DNA of 64,000 nt, from contig JAGMBO010000032.1 in the NCBI GenBank assembly GCA_023129715.1, forward strand, positions 22,057 to 86,056, written 5' to 3'. The DNA is from Candidatus Eiseniibacteriota bacterium (GTDB taxonomy: Bacteria > Eisenbacteria > RBG-16-71-46 > CAIMUX01 > WJJG01). The position numbers and the translations under genes were made by a program. Positions 28,523-37,638 of the stretch are shown in pieces (within the stretch, counting starts at the first letter, position 1; each line of letters opens with the position of its first letter). Under the pieces are notes generated by a model, which was given only the letters and a program-made list of their open reading frames with translations, ran no database searches and was not told the origin of the DNA.

Positions 28523-29881
28523 TCACGCCTTGCGGGAGACGGTTTCGCCGGTGCTTGCCGGCACGGCGTGATCCGCTTGGAACGCCGCCAGTCGCTGGTC
28601 GGCGAGGTCGAACTGCGATGCGTCGACGAAGGAAACACACGCCCGCAGGCCCTCTTTCCTCAGGCTGCCAGTCGATTCCAGGGTGATCGCACTGACGCCG
28701 TAGTAGAGCATCTCCATGAGCAGCTCCTGGCCGCTGAAGCCAGGATAGGCGAAGGTGAAGTAGAACCCGTCGGCGAGCGGTTCTCCCAAGTCGTTGTCAT
28801 AGACCAACGTGAATCCGTGCCGGGTGAAGATCTCCTTGAGCGCCGCAGCTCGCCGGCCATACTCGCGGGTGGTTGCCACGAAATCGAGCTCACCCGCGTT
28901 GGCTTTGCGCATCAATCCGAACAGCCCCCACTGCGAGGACTGCGGGACGCCCGAAGTCGTGCAATAGACGCCGCCATGCACGAAGGCATGGCCGACATTC
29001 TCGGTGCCGAACTTCGCCTGCAACGCCGGCGCCTTCATCTCGAGCAGTGCCGGAGAGATCACCGCGATGCCGATGCGGGCCCCGGCAAAGCTGAAGATCT
29101 TCGAGGAAGAGACAAGTAGGAAGTAGTGATCGGTATGGCTGGCAATCGTCGGCTGATAGGGGGGGTGGCCGGGGACCGAATAGTCTTGGCGGAAATCCAT
29201 GCAGAGGTAGGCGAGATCCTCGATCGCGAGGACGTCGTAGCGCGTGCAGAGCTCGCCTAAGCCGCGCAGTTCCTCTTCCTTGAGTGTGATCCAGGCGGGG
29301 TTGTTGGGGTTCGAGTAGAGCATCCCGCCGATGCGCCCGCTGGCTAACTTCTCTTCGACAGCGGCGATCAAACGGTCTCCGCGGTGGTCGGCCAGTTCGA
29401 TCGAGTCGCTCTCGAGCCCCAGGAAACGCGTTTGGCGCATGCTCACCGGGAAGGAGGGATTGAGAAAGAGGATCGTCTCCCGGCCGGGCAACCGGTTACC
29501 GGCGATCGCCTGGGCAATGAACCCGCCCTGCATCGCTCCGACGGTGGGGATGCAACACTCCGCGGGGACCTCGATGTCGAGGAAGCTCCTCATGAAACCG
29601 GCCGCCTCGGCCTTCAGCTCGGGGATTCCATCGAACGGGGGGTATCGATTGCTCACCGCGCGGTGCTCTTCTGCCTCGCGGGCCACTTGGGGGCCGATCG
29701 GGTCGTAGGGTAGATTGGGGATCCCGAACTCCATGCGGATGTAGCGCACGCCGAGCTGCTCCTCGATCAGCCAGACGAGCCGGTTCGTCTCGCGAATCGA
29801 GAGATTGGCGGGGTCGAAGCCGGTGGCATCGAGAACCGCCTGGATTCTCGCGCGGTCGAAGGGGACGTCGCCTGGGTGCAT
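28523..29881 (-). CDS. PLP-dependent aminotransferase (class I/II fold).
   Basis: ATG 29881 preceded by GAGGAGGAGG. The 1234-aa track ORF is a run-on. Aminotransferase-like core with SSSKIFSFAGARIG (PLP-lysine region). Confidence 0.7.
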   Translation of the reverse strand: MHPGDVPFDRARIQAVLDATGFDPANLSIRETNRLVWLIEEQLGVRYIRMEFGIPNLPYDPIGPQVAREAEEHRAVSNRYPPFDGIPELKAEAAGFMRSFLDIEVPAECCIPTVGAMQGGFIAQAIAGNRLPGRETILFLNPSFPVSMRQTRFLGLESDSIELADHRGDRLIAAVEEKLASGRIGGMLYSNPNNPAWITLKEEELRGLGELCTRYDVLAIEDLAYLCMDFRQDYSVPGHPPYQPTIASHTDHYFLLVSSSKIFSFAGARIGIAVISPALLEMKAPALQAKFGTENVGHAFVHGGVYCTTSGVPQSSQWGLFGLMRKANAGELDFVATTREYGRRAAALKEIFTRHGFTLVYDNDLGEPLADGFYFTFAYPGFSGQELLMEMLYYGVSAITLESTGSLRKEGLRACVSFVDASQFDLADQRLAAFQADHAVPASTGETVSRKA

Positions 29882-30178
29882 GGGGCCTCCTCCTCGGGGC
29901 TGCCTGGGTCTCGATCCGGGTGCCGGGGGTATGCGCGGTGCTCCGCCTAGCCGGTCGAGCAAAGCAGTATAGCGCTTGTGCTTCGGGGGTGCGACTGCAA
30001 ACCCTCGATCCAGAGCTGGGGCCGGCGCTGATTCAGGCAACCTGTTGAGAAGTGGTGGGTTAGAGGAGTATGCTTCGCTTGCGCGCGCTTGGCCCCGCGA
30101 CCGGGCTACTCCCCGCGGTCCTTGGAGCCGAGAGCCGGTGGGCCGGGGCGAGGAGCGCCCGGCAGGAGGAGTCGATCC

Positions 30179-31525
30179 ATGCAGAAAACGCCCGCTCAGG
30201 GGAGACCGCGGGGGGCGAGCAGCCTGGCCCCAAGGCCGCTCATCGCCGGGGTGTCGCTCGGGGTTGCCGTCATCGTCGCAATGTCGCTCGGGGTTGCCGT
30301 CATCGCCGCGGTCTCGCTCGGGGTGGCCGTCGTCAGCGGGGCGCTTGGGCTTGCCGGCGTCTCGGGGCTGCCACCCGGCGTCGCCGTCATGACCAGGGCG
30401 GCGACGCCGGTCGCTCATGCCCAGTCTGGGAGTCCGGAGTCTTCGCCGCAACCTGTGCCTCAGGCGGCGGCCGATTCGCCGCCGCTGGGCGAGCGGGACA
30501 TCGCCCGCGTTCACGTCGTCGCCACGATCGGCCAGGGCACTGTCTTCGCGACCACCCGCTCCGAGGTCTTGGAGAACCCGATGATCCGCAAGGTCGTCTG
30601 GCTCGAGGGGCCCCGCGACCCCGCGCCGTTGCTGGTCCTGGCAGGGGAAGCCACGGCGCTGCCGGGCTTGGGCGGTGCCGTTCTCGGCATGTGCGCTGGC
30701 GAGCGCCGGGAGGTTCAGATCCCGCCGGAGGAGGCCTTCGGTCCCCGGGACTCCGCGCTGGTGCGTAGTCTGCGGCGAGCCCAGCACGTGCCGCGCGAGA
30801 TGACGATGGGGCCGCGCGAGTTCTGCGAGCGTTTCGACCGGTTCCCAACGGTTGGGGATGAGTTCCCCTTGGACGACTTCATTCGAGCCGCGATTGTTCG
30901 AGTCACCGCCCAGGAGACCGAGTTGCGGCTCGCGCCCCGCGAGCCGCTGCAGCGTGAGACACGTCTCGGGCTCACCGAGATCCGAGCAACCGATACCGAG
31001 ATCATCATCGTCGTCACCCCGCGGCTCGGTGCCGCCTGGCACGATCGCGAAGGCCGCGCGGGCCGTGTCGTTGCGGTAGGGGAGACGGCCTTCCGTGTCG
31101 ATTTCAACCATCCGCTGGCCGGGAAGACGATTACCTTCGACATCGAGGTTCTCGCGCGCGTGGCGCCCGAGAGCCTGGCGGGCATGCCCTACCCATGGCG
31201 GGACGATCATGACGCGGCCTTGCAGGATGCGCGCCGGCAGGGACGGCCGGTCTTCCTGCTGCTCTGCGCAACCTGGTGTTCCTGGACCGAGGAGCTCCTG
31301 GTTCGGACCCTGGAAGAGCCGCAGATCAAGATCTTCCGCGACCGATTCGTTTGGGTCCAGATCGAGTCTGATCTCTATCCCGAGTACCGGGATCGCTATC
31401 GACAAACGGGTTCGCCGATGATCGTGCTGATCGATCGCCATGGAGAGATCGTCTATCAGAAGCAGGGGTTCCGCGAGGCGCCCGCAGTGCGCGCCGCGCT
31501 GCTCGACTGCCTGAGAATCGAATAG
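30179..31525 (+). CDS. Membrane-anchored FKBP-type peptidyl-prolyl isomerase fused to a thioredoxin-like-fold domain. N-terminal hydrophobic segment built from three 30-bp tandem repeats (SLGVAVIxAx).
   Basis: FKBP signature VVATIGQGTVFATT...GEATALPGLGGAVLGMCAGERREVQIPPEEAFG. C-terminal ...RPVFLLLCATWCSWTEELL. RBS GGAGGAG. DNA repeats at about 30243-30340. Confidence 0.65.
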   Translation: MQKTPAQGRPRGASSLAPRPLIAGVSLGVAVIVAMSLGVAVIAAVSLGVAVVSGALGLAGVSGLPPGVAVMTRAATPVAHAQSGSPESSPQPVPQAAADSPPLGERDIARVHVVATIGQGTVFATTRSEVLENPMIRKVVWLEGPRDPAPLLVLAGEATALPGLGGAVLGMCAGERREVQIPPEEAFGPRDSALVRSLRRAQHVPREMTMGPREFCERFDRFPTVGDEFPLDDFIRAAIVRVTAQETELRLAPREPLQRETRLGLTEIRATDTEIIIVVTPRLGAAWHDREGRAGRVVAVGETAFRVDFNHPLAGKTITFDIEVLARVAPESLAGMPYPWRDDHDAALQDARRQGRPVFLLLCATWCSWTEELLVRTLEEPQIKIFRDRFVWVQIESDLYPEYRDRYRQTGSPMIVLIDRHGEIVYQKQGFREAPAVRAALLDCLRIE

Positions 31526-31599
31526 CGGGAAGTCGAGTGGCTGCGGTGCAGCCCGGCGCCTGCGCACTCTGTCGGTCGTGTTCGGATTCGGTTCCGCGG

Positions 31600-32235
31600 T
31601 CACATGTTCATCAGCGATTCGGGAAGCTCCTGAAAGAGGAACTGGAACCGCCCGATCAACAGACTGACGCGCCCCATCACCGTGTAGCCGAAGGATGCCC
31701 CGAAGCCGATCATCAGGAAGGTGATCCCGACCTGGGAGATGCGTCCCAGCACTCCGGTGTGGGGGGCGCTGAAGTAGAAGTAGATCAGGATCGAGATGAC
31801 GCCGATCAGAACGATGATCGCACCGAGAAACGCGTCCCAGGGGACGGTACCGGGTTGGGGGGGGATCGTTCCCTGCAGCTGGATCAGGATCCGCTCCTGA
31901 ATCACCGAGGGAATCAGGTAGCCCGACCAGGCGGCGACGTAGAAGGCGATCGCATACCGGCTGACCCACTGCGTGCGCCGACTCAAGCGCAGCAGAATGA
32001 GCAACCCGAGAATGCCCCCGGGGAGCAGCCAGAGATCCCCCTGCTGGAAAACGGGCACAGCGAACTTGCGGATCACCGAGGCATAGAAGTAGTTGATCAC
32101 GTAGTAGCCCGCGGAGACACCGACGAGCAAGTGCTCGGCGGCGCGATAGAAGGGATTGTCGCGATAGAGCAGCGAGAAAATCGCGATCGTCAGGACCGCT
32201 GCGACCCACATCCCGATATGATCCCATATCACCAT
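31600..32235 (-). CDS. Polytopic membrane protein, unknown function.
   Basis: Six or more hydrophobic helices. No motif recognised. Confidence 0.5.
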   Translation of the reverse strand: MVIWDHIGMWVAAVLTIAIFSLLYRDNPFYRAAEHLLVGVSAGYYVINYFYASVIRKFAVPVFQQGDLWLLPGGILGLLILLRLSRRTQWVSRYAIAFYVAAWSGYLIPSVIQERILIQLQGTIPPQPGTVPWDAFLGAIIVLIGVISILIYFYFSAPHTGVLGRISQVGITFLMIGFGASFGYTVMGRVSLLIGRFQFLFQELPESLMNM

Positions 32236-32264
32236 GGTGTTCCCCCCGCCTGGGTTCGCTGCTG

Positions 32265-33194
32265 CTAGCGCTTCACGCCGTCGCCCTGCTCGCGCTTCGC
32301 GCCGCCGTCCTGCTCACGCTCCAGCCGGCGCTGGTACCGCCGCTGAAGGACGAAACCGATATTGCCGAGGATGATGAAACAGACGATCAGCAGATGGGCC
32401 ATCGATTGCGCATCCATCCCACGCAGGCCCGCTCCTTCGGTCCCGATCAGCTTCTCGTACTCGGCGGCTCCCTTCAGCCCGCCCAGGAAGCCCGAGAGTT
32501 GGCCGGTCTGGAAGTAGGGATAGATCAATACCGCCTGGATCGCCGTATTCCCGGCGATGATCCGCTGGCCGTAGCTCCCCCCCGCGAAGATGACCCAGTA
32601 CTCGGCCAGCGCGCTTCCGGTGACCGTGGCGAGCAACTCGACCTCCGCATAGCGGTCGGCCTCCTGGAGCAGCGGGAGTTCGCTGCTCGGCGTGTGGTAG
32701 TGATCGGTGGGGAAAGTCGCCTGGATGCTCTCGCCCATCCGCAGCATGGTCGCCGAGTAGTCGGGGTTGTAGCCGAGGAAGACATAGTCGGTGCCGTGGG
32801 TCTTCCCGTACTCCGCCGCCACTTCGCCGAGGATGCGTTCGGCAATGCCGGGTCCGCCCGGGTAGTCGGTCAGGGCGATCACCTGGATATCCTTGCGGAA
32901 GGCATGCCGGAGCGTGGCGATGCTCATCGGATCGAGCTCGGCCATCAGGTCGGGCTCGTAGTCGAAGACGAAGATCATCTCGTCCCCGGGCTGCAGCCGC
33001 TCAATCTCGTCGTAGTACGCCCGGGCCTCACGCGAGGTCTTGATCGGCAGATTGAGCGGGAAGATCAGCGGCAGCGCCGTTGCCACGGCGACGGCGATGA
33101 AGATCACCCGCCGGTCGACATTGGCGAGCCAGTCGTGCAGCGGGCGCCGTGGGCGGGCGGCATCGGTCTTGGATGGCCTGGCTTCGGTCGTCAT
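32265..33194 (-). CDS. N-terminally membrane-anchored protein with periplasmic domain, unknown function.
   Basis: TM near aa 30-50 and near the C-terminus. No motif recognised. Confidence 0.5.
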   Translation of the reverse strand: MTTEARPSKTDAARPRRPLHDWLANVDRRVIFIAVAVATALPLIFPLNLPIKTSREARAYYDEIERLQPGDEMIFVFDYEPDLMAELDPMSIATLRHAFRKDIQVIALTDYPGGPGIAERILGEVAAEYGKTHGTDYVFLGYNPDYSATMLRMGESIQATFPTDHYHTPSSELPLLQEADRYAEVELLATVTGSALAEYWVIFAGGSYGQRIIAGNTAIQAVLIYPYFQTGQLSGFLGGLKGAAEYEKLIGTEGAGLRGMDAQSMAHLLIVCFIILGNIGFVLQRRYQRRLEREQDGGAKREQGDGVKR

Positions 33195-33198
33195 CGGG

Positions 33199-33816
33199 TT
33201 ACGCCCCCTTGCCCAGGTAGGTGCGCTCGATTCCGGTGATGATCTTTATCGCCGTGGCCGTCATCCCGAGGCCGACGCCGATCATCACGCCGCGTTTGGC
33301 GGCGGTATTGGGGAAGTCGAGGATCCAGGTCGAGACAGAATCGATGCCGATCAACTCTCCCAGGGAGACACGCCCGAGCATGACGATCACCCCCGCGGTG
33401 AGCAGCAAGGCGGCATGGAAGTTGCGCGCGCGGAAGGCCCGGTAGGAGGCGCTGGCGACATAGAAGGCGAGGAGTGCGAACATCGTCGCCTGCATCGGCG
33501 CCTGGACATGATCGAACATCCAGGGATAGGGCCCGCGCTCGGGCGTGAAGATCAACGCCACGGCGATCATGAAGATCAGCCCGGCGACGGTGATCACCGA
33601 GTAGCCCCAGCCCTCGGCACGGCGCTCGATCTTTTTCCAGTGATAGGTGAAGAGGCTGATCACGCCGAGGATCAGCGTGATCCCGAAGACCACTTGCTTC
33701 CAGTCGAGCACGTTGTTGTAGCGGTCCCCGATCCAGGAGCTGGGCGTGAAGTGGTGGAGCAGCATGAGCACGCCGATCAGGAAGCCGAAGACGACCGGGC
33801 CCGTTTTCTTCATCAT
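33199..33816 (-). CDS. Polytopic membrane protein, unknown function.
   Basis: ATG-ATG at 33816. The track ORF begins at TTG 33867. Five or more TM helices. Confidence 0.5.
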   Translation of the reverse strand: MMKKTGPVVFGFLIGVLMLLHHFTPSSWIGDRYNNVLDWKQVVFGITLILGVISLFTYHWKKIERRAEGWGYSVITVAGLIFMIAVALIFTPERGPYPWMFDHVQAPMQATMFALLAFYVASASYRAFRARNFHAALLLTAGVIVMLGRVSLGELIGIDSVSTWILDFPNTAAKRGVMIGVGLGMTATAIKIITGIERTYLGKGA

Positions 33817-33859
33817 CTCTCCCCGAGGGCGGTCTCCCGTAGGAACCCGCCCCCTCTCT

Positions 33860-34984
33860 CTACCCAAGCCATGAACGGATGTCGATGCCGAGGAAGGACA
33901 AGATCGTCCAGAGGATCAGAATTGCCAGGATCCCCACCTTGGCGACGTCCTGGCCCTTGAGCGCGCCGAGCAGGAGCGGCTCGCGCGAGAGGTACACACT
34001 GCCCGCGTACAACTCCTCGCCGATCAGCGTGTAGTCGCAGGCGCAGATGAAAAAGGGTAGCTGCGAGTCGGAATCGGTGCCGGCGATCTGAATCGCCCCG
34101 GTGGCGTTGCCGGTCTCTGCCAAGATCAGGCTCTCGGCGTAGAAGTGACCAATGAAGAAGTTCGCCGCCGGCCGCTCGCGCATCATCGTGCCGCAGACCG
34201 CGGCGGCATACCCGAACTGGCTCTGCGTTGTGTAGTAAATGTCATTCGGGTCGTAGAGATCGGGGCGTCCGGCCTCGGTGAAAGCCTCGCGGACGACTTC
34301 CTGCGAGACGGTCATCACGATCGGGTCGCGGTTGGGCATGATCAGGCGCGTCTCGTACGCGGCCGCCTTGCGCGCCACCTGTCCGAGGATGTTGATACTC
34401 GCCACGGTGGCGACCTCTTCCATCGGATCGAGACCGGGGGAGTAGAGAATCGGGCGGCCCATCTCGGTGGCGCGTCCGACCGCTTCGTCGACGGCCTCCA
34501 GGCCCGCGATCCGGCGGATGTAGAGATCCCGCCCCCCGCGCGCGCGGGTGATCAGGACCAGGAGCGTGATGCCGAAGAGCAGGGTGGCGACAGCGGTCGG
34601 GAAACGGGCCGGCGTGAACCAGCCGGAGACCGGCTGCAGCCAGGCGAAACGCGCATCCTCCTCCGCCTGGTCCGCGACTTCCTCGGCGAGGATCTCTGGT
34701 TCGACCAGTGCGGCGGGGTCGCTGACCGCGTCGGCCTCCTGGGCTCCGGAAACGCGAGAATCGCCGAGGGTCTCATCGCCCGGCGGCGCGAGCGCAGCTT
34801 CGCCGGTGGGATGCACGGGCGGCGACTCTGCGCTGGTCGCCTGCGCAGCTGCGGGCGCCGGGCTCATGCCGGCGCCGACCGCAACGGCCAGGATCATCCC
34901 CACGGCGAGCGCCCGCCAGGGGAGTTGGCCGGCGGCGAGCAGCGTCCGCCCGAGCCTCTCTTCAGTGAGCCACGCACTGATCAT
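33860..34984 (-). CDS. Membrane protein with Ala/Glu-rich N-terminal region and a conserved soluble domain, unknown function.
   Basis: Signal/TM segment, low-complexity acidic linker, TM, then a globular region (RDPIVMTVSQEVV...FFICACDYTLIGEELYAGS) and a C-terminal TM. ATGA overlap with the symporter gene. Confidence 0.5.
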   Translation of the reverse strand: MISAWLTEERLGRTLLAAGQLPWRALAVGMILAVAVGAGMSPAPAAAQATSAESPPVHPTGEAALAPPGDETLGDSRVSGAQEADAVSDPAALVEPEILAEEVADQAEEDARFAWLQPVSGWFTPARFPTAVATLLFGITLLVLITRARGGRDLYIRRIAGLEAVDEAVGRATEMGRPILYSPGLDPMEEVATVASINILGQVARKAAAYETRLIMPNRDPIVMTVSQEVVREAFTEAGRPDLYDPNDIYYTTQSQFGYAAAVCGTMMRERPAANFFIGHFYAESLILAETGNATGAIQIAGTDSDSQLPFFICACDYTLIGEELYAGSVYLSREPLLLGALKGQDVAKVGILAILILWTILSFLGIDIRSWLG

Positions 34985-36243
34985 TTGCGCTTACCTTCCT
35001 CTCCGGGGACCAGGCGGTCGATGACCGCTGCGCCGACCGCATCGCCCCAGACGTTGACCGTCGTGCGGAAGCGGTCGAGGAACCAATCAACCGTAAGGAT
35101 GAGCCCAATGCCCTCGAGCGGCAACCCCACGGCGCTCAGGACGATGACCATCGTCACCAATCCCGCTTCGGGAATGCCGGCGGCCCCGATGGCGGCGAGC
35201 GTGGCGGTCAAGAAGATCAGCGCCTGGGCGCCGAAGTCAAGCGGGTAGCCGAGCGCCTGGGCGATGAAGATCGCCGCGACCGCCTCGTAGAGCGCGGTGC
35301 CGTCCATGTTGATCGTCGCCCCCAGCGGGGTGACGAGCATCGTCGAGCGGCGCGAGACGCCGTTGAGTTCCTCGGCGCAACGCATCGTGATCGGCAGCGT
35401 TGCCGACGAGGAGGCGGTCGACCAAGCGGTGGTCAGCGCCTCGATCATGCCGCCGGCGTAGGGCAGGATCCGCCGGCGGGCGACGAAGCGCAGGATCAGC
35501 GGGAGGACGATCAGGCCGTGGATGCCCAAGCCGATCAGGACGGTCATGAAGTACTTGCCGATCTTCAGGATCTCGGTGGTGATCCCGCTGCCCCCGCCCG
35601 CCTCGCCGAGTCGCGAGGCGACAAGCGCGAACACGCCCAACGGAGCCATCCACATGATCAGGTGGACCATCTTCATGATCGCGGCATTGACGCCGTCGAA
35701 GAAGCGGATCACCGGGCGGCCGCGCTCGCCCAAGGTCGTCACGATGCCGCCGAAGGCCAACGAGAAGACGATCAGGGGCAAGATATCCATGCGCGCGGCG
35801 GCCGCGACGATATTGGGGCTGACCAGACTGAGGACGATGTCCTGGATGCCCTTCTGCTTGTCGGCAAACGACTCGGGAAATTGCTCGGCGCCGAGGGAGA
35901 CGCCGCCCCCGGGCTGCAGGATGTTGACCATCACGATTCCGATGAGGACGGCGATCGCGGTCGTCATCAGGTAGTAGCCGATCACCAGCCCGCCCGCCCG
36001 GCCGAGCCGGCGCACATCGCCCATCTCGGCTACCGCCATGATCATCGAGGAGACGATCAGCGGGACGATCAACATCTTGAGAGCATTGAGAAAGAGCGTG
36101 CCCACCCAGGCCCAGGCGCTCATCGGCTCACCGATCAGCCAGCCGCAGAGTCCGCCGGCGAGGATCCCGGTCAAGAGGAAGCCCAACAGTAGACGTTCCC
36201 GGCTCACCGATCGGCACCCCGCTCTTCCGTAAGACGCTCCCAC
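34981..36243 (-). CDS. Dicarboxylate/amino acid:cation (Na+/H+) symporter, DAACS family (GltP/GltT-like).
   Basis: Motifs such as IPEAGLVTMVIVL, NMDGTALYEAVAAIFIAQ and TVNVWGDAVGAAVID are typical of the glutamate/aspartate transporter fold. Confidence 0.8.
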   Translation of the reverse strand: MGASYGRAGCRSVSRERLLLGFLLTGILAGGLCGWLIGEPMSAWAWVGTLFLNALKMLIVPLIVSSMIMAVAEMGDVRRLGRAGGLVIGYYLMTTAIAVLIGIVMVNILQPGGGVSLGAEQFPESFADKQKGIQDIVLSLVSPNIVAAAARMDILPLIVFSLAFGGIVTTLGERGRPVIRFFDGVNAAIMKMVHLIMWMAPLGVFALVASRLGEAGGGSGITTEILKIGKYFMTVLIGLGIHGLIVLPLILRFVARRRILPYAGGMIEALTTAWSTASSSATLPITMRCAEELNGVSRRSTMLVTPLGATINMDGTALYEAVAAIFIAQALGYPLDFGAQALIFLTATLAAIGAAGIPEAGLVTMVIVLSAVGLPLEGIGLILTVDWFLDRFRTTVNVWGDAVGAAVIDRLVPGEEGKRK

Positions 36244-37505
36244 TGGACCGTTTCCCCGCTGGGGAGGAGATCGATGTCGAGGCGCTCCAGATCAGCGCCG
36301 GGGAAGACGCAGCAGTTGCGTCCGATCCGGCAGCGACGGGGAATGCGCGCCTCCTTGCCCAGAACGGTCAGTCCCTGATCGAGATGGGTGGGGAAGGCGT
36401 GGTTGATCGCCTCGCCCAGGGCAGCGTCTCCGAGGCGGGCCTCGGCGCCGACAATCACCTTCTTGTCTGCAACGACGTGCTCGACCAGCGCGCCCTGCTC
36501 GATGCGGGCGTCGTGCAGCAGAATCGAGTCGCGCACGACGGCGCCCTCGGCAACGACCACGCCCGGCGAGAGCACGCTACCCTCGACGGTGCCGTGGATC
36601 CGGCAGCCGCGAGCGAGAGTCGCGTGCTGGACGTGCGCGCCGGGGGCGATGAACGCCGGCGGTCGGTCGCCGGGGCCGGTGACGTTCATGTTCGTGCGCA
36701 CATTCCAGTTGGGCAAGTCGAGCGGGGAATCGGGATCGAGCAACTCCATGGTCGCATCGACATAGGCTTTGACCGTGCCGACATCTTGCCAGTAGCCGCC
36801 GAAGCGGTACATCGCCAGCTTGCCCCGGTCGAGCATTGCCGGAAAGACATGCTGGGCGAAGTCGGTCTGGTGCAGCAGGCCGCAGATTTCCTCGAGTGTG
36901 CGCACGAGGATCTCGGTGTCGAAGGCGTAGATGCCGAGAGAGATCAGGTCGCTCTGCGGCTTGTCCGGCTTCTCTTCGAATCCGGTGATCCACCCGTCGG
37001 CATCGGCGATGACCGTCCCGAACTGATGGGCGTCGGATAGGGGCACCTGTTTGACCGCCACGGTCGCCTCGGCTCCCATCTGAATGTGCTGTTCGACGAG
37101 GGCGGCGTAGTCCATGCAGTAGATGTGATCGCCCGAGAGCACCAGGGTGATCTCGGGATAGGAGCGGGCGACGTAGTCGAGGTTGCGGTAGACGGCGTCG
37201 GCGGTGCCCTGATACCAATCCGAAGCCCGGGTGCCGGTATGGGGCGGCAGGATGCGCACCTCCCGCGATCGCCCGACCAGCCCCCAGCTCTCCCCGCGGC
37301 CGAGGTGCTTCGTCAGACTGTAGGGCATGTACTGGGTGAGGATCCCGGCGCGCTCGATGCCGGAATTCATCACGTTGCTCAGGGTGAAGTCGATGATGCG
37401 ATAGATGCCGCCGAAGGGCACCGCCGGCTTGGCGCGGCGCCTGACGAGCACATTCAGGCGGCTGCCGACCCCTCCGGCGAGGATCAGCGCCAGCGCGCTA
37501 CGCAT
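36204..37505 (-). CDS. glgC: Glucose-1-phosphate adenylyltransferase (catalytic subunit).
   Basis: ILAGGVGSRLNVLVRRRAKPAVPFGGIYRIIDFTLSN. C-terminal left-handed beta-helix region. Confidence 0.85.
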   Translation of the reverse strand: MRSALALILAGGVGSRLNVLVRRRAKPAVPFGGIYRIIDFTLSNVMNSGIERAGILTQYMPYSLTKHLGRGESWGLVGRSREVRILPPHTGTRASDWYQGTADAVYRNLDYVARSYPEITLVLSGDHIYCMDYAALVEQHIQMGAEATVAVKQVPLSDAHQFGTVIADADGWITGFEEKPDKPQSDLISLGIYAFDTEILVRTLEEICGLLHQTDFAQHVFPAMLDRGKLAMYRFGGYWQDVGTVKAYVDATMELLDPDSPLDLPNWNVRTNMNVTGPGDRPPAFIAPGAHVQHATLARGCRIHGTVEGSVLSPGVVVAEGAVVRDSILLHDARIEQGALVEHVVADKKVIVGAEARLGDAALGEAINHAFPTHLDQGLTVLGKEARIPRRCRIGRNCCVFPGADLERLDIDLLPSGETVQWERLTEERGADR

Positions 37506-37638
37506 ATCGAAGCGTTGTTCCAGCCGCATGCGTTTCCCGCCCGGCGTTGCCGGTGTTGACGGGTGGTGCCGGTGTCTTGCCCGGCTCCCCGTTCACCCGG
37601 GGATCCCCGCGGCGACGCCCGCCGCTGGGAGTGCGAAC

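Noticed and set aside
29882-32227. N-terminal 780-aa extension of the 1234-aa track ORF 28523..32227
   Set aside because: Homology to aminotransferases starts only at the internal ATG 29881, which has a GAGGAGGAGG RBS. The extension overlaps the well-supported plus-strand FKBP gene and minus-strand membrane genes in other frames.
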